Assembly: GCA_977030845.1 (NCBI GenBank)
Contig: OZ365112.1
Coordinates: 19,530,001 to 19,594,000 of the forward strand
Reading direction: 5' to 3'
DNA: 64,000 nucleotides
From: Fimbriosthenelais zetlandica
Lineage: Eukaryota
The notes under the pieces: generated by a model
The model's input: only the letters and a program-made list of their open reading frames with translations
Databases searched by the model: none
What the model was told of the DNA's origin: nothing
Part shown: one piece after another, positions 1 through 12,300 of the stretch
Layout: every line of letters starts with the position of its first letter
Numbering within the stretch: position 1 is the first letter of the stretch
Translations under genes and position numbers: made by a program

Positions 1-256
1 TGGATTTTTAATGCTTCATATCAATGTTTCCCAAATTTAGAAGTAGAGCATACAGGACAGTTTAGACAGGACTGAATTATATGCAAAGAAGCCTGATATC
101 TGAAGATGATCTATTCCTCGGCAGGGCCGTCATCATTGCTCCAGGACTTACAAAGCATTCCCTGCTAGTCTAAAGGTAATCTAAAAGACAAATGCAGGTT
201 GTGGCCACTTCCAGAAAATGGAAGACCGCATGCTTAATATGTGAAGAAACTCAAAC

Positions 257-388
257 CTTTTATAGGGAATTGATCGAAATGCTCAGATTGTTCAGTTTCA
301 GTGGGAGTATGGGGAAACTCAGCGGGGGACTTGGAACCATCAGCATAGGCAAATTTCTCTCCGACTCTGCTGTCGGCGTATAACCGTT
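257..388 (-). CDS. Ank2: C-terminal region exon ([31 protein letters not shown]...FPIK)
   Basis: Long pyrimidine tract + aag|...AAA G|gtttga; 132 nt, phase 1/1. Confidence 0.65.
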
Positions 389-3300
389 CTTCATTAAAAG
401 AAATGAAAAAAGTAAACACCAGAATTCGTAGGTACTATACTTCTTTTCTCTGAAGTGCAGCAAACTGTTGAGGGTACAAAAATTATAAGCAAACATAAAA
501 CATTCTTCTCATGAGCACAATCATACATCACATTCACTCAGTGGGTTCAGTGTTCTCTGTGACAGTATGATTTCTCACAGAGTTGGGTACCTAGGAATTC
601 TGAAATACAGCAGGGGAATTAGCTATGAGAGAAATAAAAATAGTATGACAAAACAACCAACATGGAACAAATGTGTTATAATGTCCTTAATCCAGCCAAT
701 AGCAACACAGATAATGTTCTGTAAGTAATTAGAAATTGACCATGTTTTTAGCCCTGATCTGGCATTGGAGGGGAGCTTTTAATTTCATCTTCTCATATAC
801 CATATTTAAGTGTGTATGGTGTGGGCGATGGTTGTATAACTCGAACTATTGCCTTCATGCTTGAATTGATATATATGATAGCCAGTATGTGAGAGTAAAA
901 TCAGATGATACTGGACTGAAAAGGCTAAATGATGAAGAAGGCATGGCCTGCAATGGAGATTGACACGGAAGATAATGAATCTGTGGCGATGGAATGACTG
1001 GAAGACAAGTCTGCCATTACCGAACGAAACATACAGGCCCACAGGATCATTGATGGAAATATAGTATAGTAGGCTTGTTCTCCTTCACCAACCAACAACT
1101 CACAAATATATATAATAAACGCCGAATGTAGTCTCCTATTAGATAAAAGTATTTTTCTTGGAAGTTTGGTCGTCATAGACACTATACCTTATGACTTTAT
1201 CTCGGCACAAGCACTGAAATAAATTTCCTACTATCAGTGAAGTTGAGCACATTCGTTGGTAGTCTGTAATTACTGTCTTGGATCAGATATTACTGAAAGA
1301 GTACAAGCCTGTAGTGTTCAAAAGTCTACAGCTAAAAAGAAAAATACCCATGTAAAATAATAGAGGGTGCATTAAGGAAAGATGAAGTACCTGGGGAGGC
1401 GCCTTTGTCTGCAGGGGAAGGAGGAGGAGTCTTGGTCTTGCTTCGAGCATGCTTCTCCCGAACACCATCTGAAAACCGAAGACCCGTGAATGAGCACCAA
1501 TGACCATGACTTATAGTAGGAAACAAAGTTATAAAGAGATGAAAAATATCCCCACTGCCAGGGAAATTAATGCTTGTTAGAGCTTTGTTAGAGCTTACAG
1601 GATGATTTAGGGTACAGAAGAGTGTTTCTGCATCCTTATTTGCATTGCAATTTTTGGACTGCGTTAATCTTCAAAGAGAGTTGTCGATGGGTGAAATCCA
1701 TTTCTGTTTTGACAGATATTTTTACATCACCCCACCAGAAAAAAGTAGTAGATTTATACGTTACTTGTTAGTTTATTGAAGTACTATATAATTAATAGAC
1801 TTAACAATACAAAGATGTTAGGATAACATTCACATGCAGCGGTTAACACCAATATATGACACCTTGATAATACTGTCCCCAAAACAGTCAAAAACCATAG
1901 TATCCTTGTTTTAGACAATCACTACAAGCAAGGCCGAAAACTCCATAATATGGTAAATCCCACAGAGAATGTCTTGAGAATCTGGTGGCATACCTCAGAC
2001 AACGAAATGCTTCCAAAGTTAAAAGCATGTGTGTTTTTGCTTTCCAAATTAAAATATATTAGTTTCAATATGACGATGCCCATCATATGATGGGAGACTA
2101 TCACACAGTCTTCTATTGCTAAGAAATGCTGGGAACTGAAGACATAATCTGTGAGAATGGCCACAACTGTCAGGGGACTTCCTAATATATTATCTAAAGG
2201 TGAGCATGGCAACTATTAAACTAATCTCTACGAAGTGTTGCCTTCAATGGGTCTCTCATTTTAGCACTTTTACATGGTATCTGAATTGAATGTGATTTAA
2301 CGTGATTCCAATCCTTGAGCCATGACAATTATATAATTATTCATTTCTTTTATAGAAAGATATGCTTAAATATAATTTTGAATACACAATTAAAAAAAAA
2401 ATTGAATACTGATGCTGCATCAGAGACCAATGGAACGCTATCTGTAAGACACTTTACACAGTGAAAGACAATGTGACACTCACTACACACAATTTATAGA
2501 ATAAAGTTCGTGATTATGTACAGTGTGTCAAATTTGGAAAGAATAAGCACATGGTGATATACTAAAATAATTTCCATCCATTTATAACATAAATATCTAG
2601 CATAAATAGGCAACAATAAAATATTGTCTCAACAGCAAAATAATTGAAATACCAAATATCCCTACCCTGTAAATTGTCCCAAAAGATAAGCTAACACGTT
2701 CCTTTCAGAATGAAGAAAAATAAAACAAAAACCAATATACAGGTCTTGACGAATGGCTAAGCAGGAAAAAGCATAAAAGATGCTGGAACACTATTCAAAT
2801 TGTTCCGAGTGGCTCATTCATGACAAAATCAAAAACAAGTAAGAGTGTCCATGACTATGTTCTTCAGGTTGCACTAGAGGAGATACGTGAGCTGGTGCAT
2901 GACTACACAGAATAACATGACAACAAAGACGATGCTAGTGCTAGCTTGGTTAAGGTGAGGAGGATTTTGAGGTACCAGACTTGGCATCCATCCACGTGCT
3001 GATGGAGCCGTCGGTTGTGCATTGTTAGTGGAGGCAGGAGGCCACATTCTACTGCTGCTAACACTCAATAGTTCTCTACCTTTATCGGCTTCTCGCCCGG
3101 GTAGTGACTCTTCACTGGAGGACCGGGACATTCTGTCATCCATGCCCTCCACTCGGATAGCTTCAACACGCTCGATTAGATCCTCAACCTTCTCTTCGTC
3201 TCGCCGACATATCTGTTCTGGTTCTTCGTGAACAGGGGAGTATTGTTCTGGAAAAGGTTAGTAATTATGACATTTATGGTGCATGCTTGGAGTAAGCTGC

Positions 3301-6300
3301 TCATGTCTTACCGGGATAAATGGTAAGGTTTTACCACTAGAGGTAAAAGTGTTACTATCCTGATGCAGAAGCAGCATTGACAGACTTAATTTAGATGACC
3401 AAATAGACCAACTAATATGTATGACCCAATTAAGTATGAAATTCATTTAGAAGATAGTCAAAAGAATATAGATTTAACCCATGCATGTTGGGAGGTTTTT
3501 TTTTGACAATTTTAGCTTCTTGGCAAATATTATTTATCTAAATCTATTTAAGGTTGCACTGTGGTGTATGTATTATTGCAATTCAACTTATTTCTATAAC
3601 TAAAGATCTAGCTTAGTTATTAAGAAAAGCTGTTTCACACTACACCCAATGAATCATTTAATGCAGAAAGAATGTAAAATGTGTCATTCCACAAGTATTC
3701 AGTTTATAATCTATACATTAAGCATGTCATGCACTCTGGTTATACTGCTTCCACATGTATACAGTCCTTCTCACAGTCATTTCGTTAGATAAGATTTGAA
3801 ATCAGGAGCATCTTAGAAATAAGGAATAAGACATTGTTCTCCTATGACACTATAACGAAGGACAGGCGTCTTAGTTAGGAACAGGGTTAAAAGGAGGAGG
3901 AGGAGGGTTGGGCCTTTTGGCAATTTGAGAGTTCGACATCGTTTTCAGAATTAAAGACGTGCAAATCAAGAGTGAAATAGATACTCGTTGAGAATAAGAA
4001 AAATGCTCGATATCATAATTCAGAAAAAAAGATGTGTGATTAGCCTAGAAAATAAAACTAATTCATGAGTTATGAAAACAAGAGCCACTCAATAAGAATC
4101 AAATGAGAGTCAATCATCGACTGCTGTAAAAATAAATTATCAGAGTGCATAAGTTGGTAGAAGTGTCCGCAAATTCCCTCCAACTCCATTTGAAGCAGGG
4201 CAATATGCCGCGCCTTACTTTTTTCAGTAAAATCAATAAAGAACCGAGTATTCAGTTATTGGTATTTGCGTACACTTCCGAGTTAATATCATCTCATTCA
4301 ACAACACCGAAAAACATGGAGCATAAATCAGCATAAATCCAAATTAGAAAAAAAACACAATGTAGACAAGCCTGCAAAAAGACAAAACCTGTGTTGATAA
4401 TATGCATGCCTTGTTCTCTAGGGGTGTTTGTGTATAGAAAGGGATATATTAGGTATTATTTATTATACCCCGACCGCAGCTTAACACTGACTTAATATAG
4501 GTTCAGACCAAAGTAACAGAGACGAGAAACATGGCCTTATATGACATTGTTCATATACACAATGTTGTACTTAGTTTCGTAAAATTCAGGTGTAAAATAA
4601 TTTGTTAATTACTGTGATGAAATAATGGAAGTGGTTGCCAAAATAGTGTAGAACAAAATTTTGAAATATTTCTCACTCTCTGAGTCTTGGGTCTGACTTT
4701 TTTGGGATACAATAAATTCGGAACTATCCTGTATAGGGAAGATCTGAAAGGAAGACCTGCCAGAGCTAAAGACGGTGTAAGGGCTATAGCAAGCTACTGC
4801 CTTTTCACAGCATCAGATTCTCAGCTCTTGGCAAGGATTTCTTCAAACCTTCCCAGCAGGCCAGCTCTGAGTGGGGGACTTGGGAGCGCTTATTATCTGG
4901 GTACCTGGGGAGTCGGGCATTGCTGCCTCTATTTCCACTTGGTCAGACATGGTCTGAGCAAGCTGGACAAAGGCTTCCTTCTTCCTTGTAGCTAGCTCAC
5001 GTTCTTCTTCATCTGTGGGAGTTTTGATAACGCCCCTCCTGGTGTCAACGGTGGGGAATATTCCCTCTTCGGCTACTGGCGATTCAGACTCTGTGATTGG
5101 GAATGAGACAAGCGTATAGGAGGGGGCAAGACCCATGGCCAGGGACTGGGCACAACTCACTCATCCACACATACTCATAGAGTGATCACTTACATACATC
5201 TAAACTATACTCGTATACGTGAGCACAAATACAAGTGTACAAACACACATCTCCTCAAAACAATCAGTACACAATCACTTCGTATTGACTATACAGTGCC
5301 TTTACACAGGTGCTGAACTAGAATATATGTACGATGTGTGGACTAAACAGCCACTAAGAATCACTTTATCATGTGGTATATCAGAGAGAGATTTGCTTTT
5401 GAATATCACAAACAGGTGGTTCAAAACAGTCGCCAGGGGTACTGAACAGAAGGTACTTCTTAGCAAAGGTAATTAGTTTCTTTTACTTACCAACACGCTT
5501 CTCAACGATGGAACCACCCTCAGATTCTTCACCGACTGATTCAGAATCCTGAAGAAAAGGAGATTGATAGTGAACAACCAAATAACAACGAGGATTCATC
5601 ATACACCCCAACCAGTACTTAAATAGACTAGTGTGAGACTGATACCATAACGTTAACATGGAACAAGACTCTTATACAAGAACAAGACCAGAAACTCTTC
5701 AACCACTGCAAGGTATCTGCAGAACAACATAAAAAAGAGAAAATATCCAATGACCTCACTGAAGTATTGGTAGAGTGCTACACCTTGACATTTTGTGTAT
5801 GGTAGATATATTGTAACTCAGTCTCCCCCACTATATGGGACATCATGAGTTGTGTAGAAAAGTACATGTCTTAAGTGCCCCTATATAAGATCAAGTTCTG
5901 TGTTATGGGATTACTACAAACAGTACTCGGGGGAGTTGTCATGCACACAGGTAAGTTACCTCTAATAGCCAAGTTTTGTACAGAAAATTTAGTCTGGATG
6001 GGTGTCATCCTCTGGGATCTAAAATACAGAGCTCTACCTAGTCACAATATCCAGGTTAACTATCCATTTAATAACATCCCATCTTTTACTTTCCAAAAGG
6101 TGACAATCTGTGATCAAGTGTTACAGTTTCCTTGGATACCAGGTATATATAATATATACATGTATTTGCAGTCCATAATAACTGAACTGTCATAGTCGCT
6201 ACCCCACGAATGTGAAAGCATTGAAGTTCATACAAGTATTAGTTGCAGAACTATCTATATAATTACTTTGACTAGGACACAATTATACTTTTTCTTTCTA

Positions 6301-9300
6301 AAGAGTCTAAATTTCGGTCTACAGAAAGTAAAATGAAAAGGCTTTGCATCTAGAGGAAGGTTAGTCAAGTCATATCGATTCCTTGAATAATACATAAGAA
6401 AATGTAACTAAAGGTTTAGTTAGAGCATTTAGCTTTTGTGCATTTACGGGGGACATGTTTATGTCCATAAACTTATCTATAATTGGGCGCACAAACAAAT
6501 ACAACCATATCCTGAAAAGTAACTTATCAGAACTAAAATATTAAATGTTAACACACTCGGAAATGCTATATAAACTCTCTTTAGAAGCAGCTCACTAAAA
6601 CTGTCTTCCTCTTGTTCTGCAGTGAGACATCCTGCCACATCCAGTAGGTTTTCGCTACACAGAACCCGTTCTCAGCATGATCTAATGGAAAAGTTCCAAT
6701 TGGTAGCAGTTGGTCTCGGATAGGATGATACAAATTCAAAATAATCCTAGAGTTATACCCCTTGATGTGACAGAACAACTTGTGTGCATGAACTAGAGCT
6801 GCTACAGGAAGACGGTGGGAAGGACAGGGAAGGCAGGACTAGATAGGGATTTCGGGGAAGGAGAAGACAAGGTGATGAAGAAAGAGAAGCATGCAGATAA
6901 AGTAAGTACAAAGCATGAAGTCCAGAGGGGTTCTTGTCTCACCTGCATCTCTTGGTGAGCCTAGAGAAACGAGCGCATGCCATAAAATGAGAAGACTCTT
7001 TATTACTAAAAGCTAAGGTGCTTTATTATGAATCTGGTGAGTGGGTATAGCACAAGCCCTGAAGGATTGACACCATAATAGGTGTTGAATTTGGGAAGTG
7101 TTGAGGCAGGTGTGACTGTCCTGAATAAACGACTGCCCTGGCCAACACTATGTGTAAAATGAAGACTCCTATGACAAAATTACTTAGACCATGTTTATTC
7201 TTGCAGTCTAGGCCTTTCCTGGTCTCTTTTTTCACTACAGTCTAAGATCTGTTTTATATATTTAGATGTTGGGATATACTTGGATGCAAGAACACAAATT
7301 AAGAGCTAATTTTGGAAATCATTGTTTGCAAAAAAGGCATGTATAAAATTTGGCGAAAAGCGTTTGGATGAAAACAATCATGTCTACCATAATTAATATG
7401 AGAATAATTCCAAAGCAGCCAACAAAAGCAGCCAATTTCATTTTTTTTTAATTCTTTTTTCAATAAGACCCACTGCTCATAAAACTGCCTGTATCTCTCT
7501 TTCTTTATTTGAAACAGCAGTAGTATAACAATGTAGCAAGAAAAATTCAAGAGATAACAAAGAGAAAAAGTGATAAGGCATAAAGACTGGCAAACAGGAA
7601 GGCAAGATAAAGATATGTCCAAAAGACTTGCACCAAGCTGGGGAGGCAGGTTTGGAATCAATCATGCGGAACTGATCAAAAGGATCATCATGCTAGGGGC
7701 AGAATCCATATCAATCCAAAGCGCATTAGCCAAATGCTCGGCATAAAATTTGCTAGAAATTTGTATTTGTGTTGTGTTTCTTGCGGTGGATTTTCAGACT
7801 CGGATAGACATCAAAATGTTCTTTCGTCCAAATAGAATGAACATGTCTGTATGTTATATAACCATTGCAAAAATATGATAAGATAATTTTTTGAAGATGG
7901 CTGGTCACAATAAAATACCCAGACTAAATTTAAGCATAGTGCAGATAACTAGAGGTATTCTACAGCTATCAGTGAATATAGCCAAATTCTATGTCTGTGC
8001 TGTGGCATGTGCTTAACCCCTTGCCTGTCCGCTATCTCTATGATGCTTGTCATTTATAGTATGGTGTTTGGGGCTCCGGCAAAGCGTGCGCTATCAAGCT
8101 AGTGAGGGTTGGAGGAATACTCAATGAGTTAATTACCTTCATGATGTCTTGTTCGTCGTAAGAAACGTCTAAGGACATGCCTCGTGGGAGTGTGGAGTCG
8201 CGAGAAGGACCAAGCTCTTCCTTGAAAGCATCAAATCCTGAAAAGTATGGCAAACATTGCTGAAAGTGTTCAGAAACAAAAGAAATGAAATAATAAATCT
8301 GAGTCGCTGAAATAAGACTGACACCACCCTATTTCACATCTGATCTCCACTTCTAAAATATCTATATATTTATGGAGGTTTTTGTTGGGGGATACTTTAA
8401 GTGTTTATTGTATAATTGAAAATGATTGAATATTGATATGTTGTGATATTTAAACCTGAATAAGAAGTATTATCTCATTTTAAGAACCATTTCTAAGACA
8501 ATTACATGCGCTAAAATGGGGATATATGAATTGGGGTGGTGTCAGCTTAGGACTGTGCTAAATGAAATGAAATAGCAGATAGCAGTGACTTATGTTGTGG
8601 CATAAGGGCCACACAGTGTCATAGCGTGTATATTCAGCATTGAACACACTGGCTTTGGCACGAGAGACTGGACGTGATAGCTGTTGGTATGTGTTTAGTA
8701 GGATATTATAGAGACCCTAAATTTAAGAATAAACCTTTCAAAATTATTATACTAAACTGAATAATAAAGAAAAGCTACACATAAGGTGCCAGGAGAAATA
8801 AGTTAAGGGCCTGGTCACACTCTGAGAGAAGAGCAATGTTTGCTGTTTTTTAGATGTTTTTTGAGGGTAAACTTCAAGCAATATATCATGGTATCGCACG
8901 TTCTCTTTTCCAACATCAGAAGCAGTTACTGAACAAACATTGATAGGTCGCTCAGTGTGTTTTAGCCATAAAATGAAAATGAAATTATGTTACCGTGCTG
9001 CAAACACAAAAGGACAGAGCATTGTTTTATTCAGAAAATAAACCTAATCCCAATGGGCTATTTTATATCAATTTATAGGATATACTTTTTCAATAGTAAT
9101 AATAGCCCCAGCTGATAACTCAACTAAGGAAACACATGTACCAGACAACATAAGGAAGAGCTGACTGACCTGCTTGATCGATCTGTGTCTTGGCGACAGC
9201 TCTTTCCACAGGGTCCATGACCTCCTCTATGTTGTACATACACTTTCTGATGACATCTTCGCGATTGATCTTCCGAAGAGCACGTTCCAGTTCATTACCT

Positions 9301-12300
9301 TTAAGTTAAGTGGCAACAAAAAATGAGTATTGGTTGTAAAGTGTTTGTTCAAAAACGATGCCAAGTATGACTAAATTTTGAATAAACATCCAAGCTCTAA
9401 GCCGATCAAGCTGGACTTTTACTAACCTGTTGCGTCGTCTCCGTTCTTTTGTACCCATAGATGAAGCATGACTAGTGCTTGTTCACTCACATATGTATAC
9501 TCTGTTTGAATTTTGGATATTTCATCTTCTGTGATGTTCAATTGTCTGGCTAAGACTACCCAGTCGCCCTGTAAGGTATCTGCTATGTCGGTTAACCGGA
9601 GTTCAGCCTTTGAGATTTGGTCGTCCACAGTGCCTGTTTTAACGATGTCGTATTTTCGCCGAAGCTCTTGCGCCGTCTCTGAATCAAGTTCAATTGATGG
9701 TTCGCCCCGTAAAAAGTCGGGCAGAGTGACGTTGAGGTTACAGATGGGGGTTTGTGGGGCCTCGCCTCGTTGTACTTTTGGTTCTTTCATGAAGGCGATG
9801 CGACCCACCGGCTCTTGATTGCCATCACGCACGCGGACCAGGAATGGTAATCGGTTCTCACGGAAGGCGTGGAAGTTGATGTATAACTGGTCACCGGATT
9901 TGGTGACAGGCACAAGATTGCCTGCCATCTCAACATTCTGTGGTTTACCCTCAAGAACCTGAAAAAAGGGAATTACATATTTGTTTTAATTGAAACTGAT
10001 TGGAAAACGTCTGGCCCAATGGAATTTGGTTATAATATCATAAATTGTTGTGCAGATAGATCTTTGCTATTCTTCACCAGCCATGCTCACCTCAACATCT
10101 CTGCTTCTTGCTATTTCAGAGAAGTGTTCTTGTGTCTCGAGTGTCTTGTCCATTTTGTCGTCTGTCATACAGAAGACACGCAGACGAGCCTCCTGCTGTT
10201 CGTGACGTTTAGAGAACACGACAAACTTGGCCATAAAAGGCACTGATATAGCTTCGCGATATAATTCTGTTGCCATCTTAGCTGCTTCGTTGATATTCTG
10301 GCAGTCCATCAGCCAAAACCTGAGAAGTAATTAGGTTCACAGTATAGGAGTAAGGCGGCACAACAAAAAGGTCTCTATGCAATCAGAACAGGACTACATA
10401 ACCTGATGATAAACCTATGTGTACATACCTTGCTGATACCGTAGTGGTAAACGATACACAATCATTGACTAAAGTAAGTGGTGTCGAGCCGGTAATATCT
10501 TCCCATTGTGCTGGAGAGGTTCCTCCTGCAAAGGTCGAACAAGTTCTCAGTTAGATTTCCCAACAAATAAAACAATAACAGATCCAGCCAACCAGCAAAG
10601 TAAAAATGTTTCCTATCCCAACACACAATTGGCGCAATAAACACCACAAATCAGAGAAACTAAAGCCTACATAGAAGATTCTCCAGAACTTAAGACCAAA
10701 GGTGTACACTTCTCAGTATAAACCCTAGATACATGACCAAGACAAAACAGTTGAATAAAAAAAAAGACTGATATACTCAAGAATAATGATGGTTCTGACA
10801 TATGTCATAATACACATACTGAACACCCACTACAATAATATTAGGCAAGAAGATACACATTTCTGAGATAGTATGGGTTTCAGATAAGAGAAGCCAAAGT
10901 GTTTGGGGTCATTTTATAGTATGATATTTAAGAGCGGAGGTCGGGGCAGGTATTTCAAGTGAGGCAGCGGGTGATATGGAACACATGTAGTGCTTCACGA
11001 CACAAGTGTGCAGAACACATAGAATATGGTGGAACAGATTTTCATGACAGTTGACCAAGTTTTTTAAGTCCAGACATAGGCTCAACTCATCCCATTACAG
11101 CATCGACTTCATTATTATATGCCCGTACATTCTTGCAGTACCACATTTCTATTCCATCAGCTGTATTAGATATGATCTTGGGAGGCATATAATAAATATC
11201 ATGGTAGTTGTGGCTCCTGAGCACTGAATTTATGATTCTCAATCTGAAAGGCAGTGCTAGCCATTTAGGACTCCGTTAGTCCCCAGATTTCTGAACCATA
11301 AAAACATACTAGGGAAACAGTTATACCATAACATACACTGGTAGCGGATAGATATGGAGCATGTGACAGAAAAACCAAATGGAAGCAATAATCTGGCGAA
11401 CAAAACGTGTTCATCAGTCAACATACATTGGCAGAATGATGGAGAGACGGCGTAACGACACACATTTCTGCAGAAACGATTCACATGTTAAACCAAGGAT
11501 GGGAAATCAAGGACTGGGTGCAAGACAGAGGCGTGGATGAAGAGGAGGAGAAGGACGAGGAGATTATAACCAACCAAAGGATAAGAATTATCCAGCTACA
11601 CTTGTCAGGTATATAGTCTTCATATCATCCTTATCAACAACATATTCATCATATCTAGAGCAACAACAGAAAAACTTCTTCACAAATGATTAAATCTGTG
11701 GAGAAACCAATTTAATAAGAAGTCACACTCATAATCAATTTATCTCACTGTTCCTATCGTTTAAGCTTTAAGATTTTAGTGTCATCTTATTTATCGGAGA
11801 TTTATTATGACTGGTGATTCATTTCTTATCTTTTCTCTCTCTCACTCATTCTCTTTTGGTAAACATTTAAACAATGACTAAGATATTTTGGTGGACACGT
11901 GATCATGCTGACACTTATGAATCGAGTGTCCAACAGAGGGCAGCGTAAGTATACTAGGTTTAAGTGGGCATGCTAGCTTGAGGTTTTGTTGGTTTCTCTA
12001 AAAAATCAACCACCTTTAATATATTTTATCAAGACAATTGCATGCAATATATAGATAGAAAAAACATATAAGCTGATATGGTATTCCTGCCCTCCCTGCA
12101 CTGAAGAGCATTCCTACTCAATATGAGATGAAATAAAACATGGCGTATAATAAGGCGAACACATGAGGCAGAGATGATACTTAAAATGTAGCATATATAG
12201 AGAGGGGAGGAGTTGTTTGGCTACCTGCGTTGATGTGCCCTGTTTTATCTCCGCCACCGGAGATGGAATCCATAGACTCACCTAGGACAAACCGAGCAAC

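Noticed and set aside
925-1182. ORF ending ...[14 protein letters not shown], possible second hydrophobic terminal exon
   Set aside because: Acceptor lacks a pyrimidine tract and the hydrophobic stretch is short.
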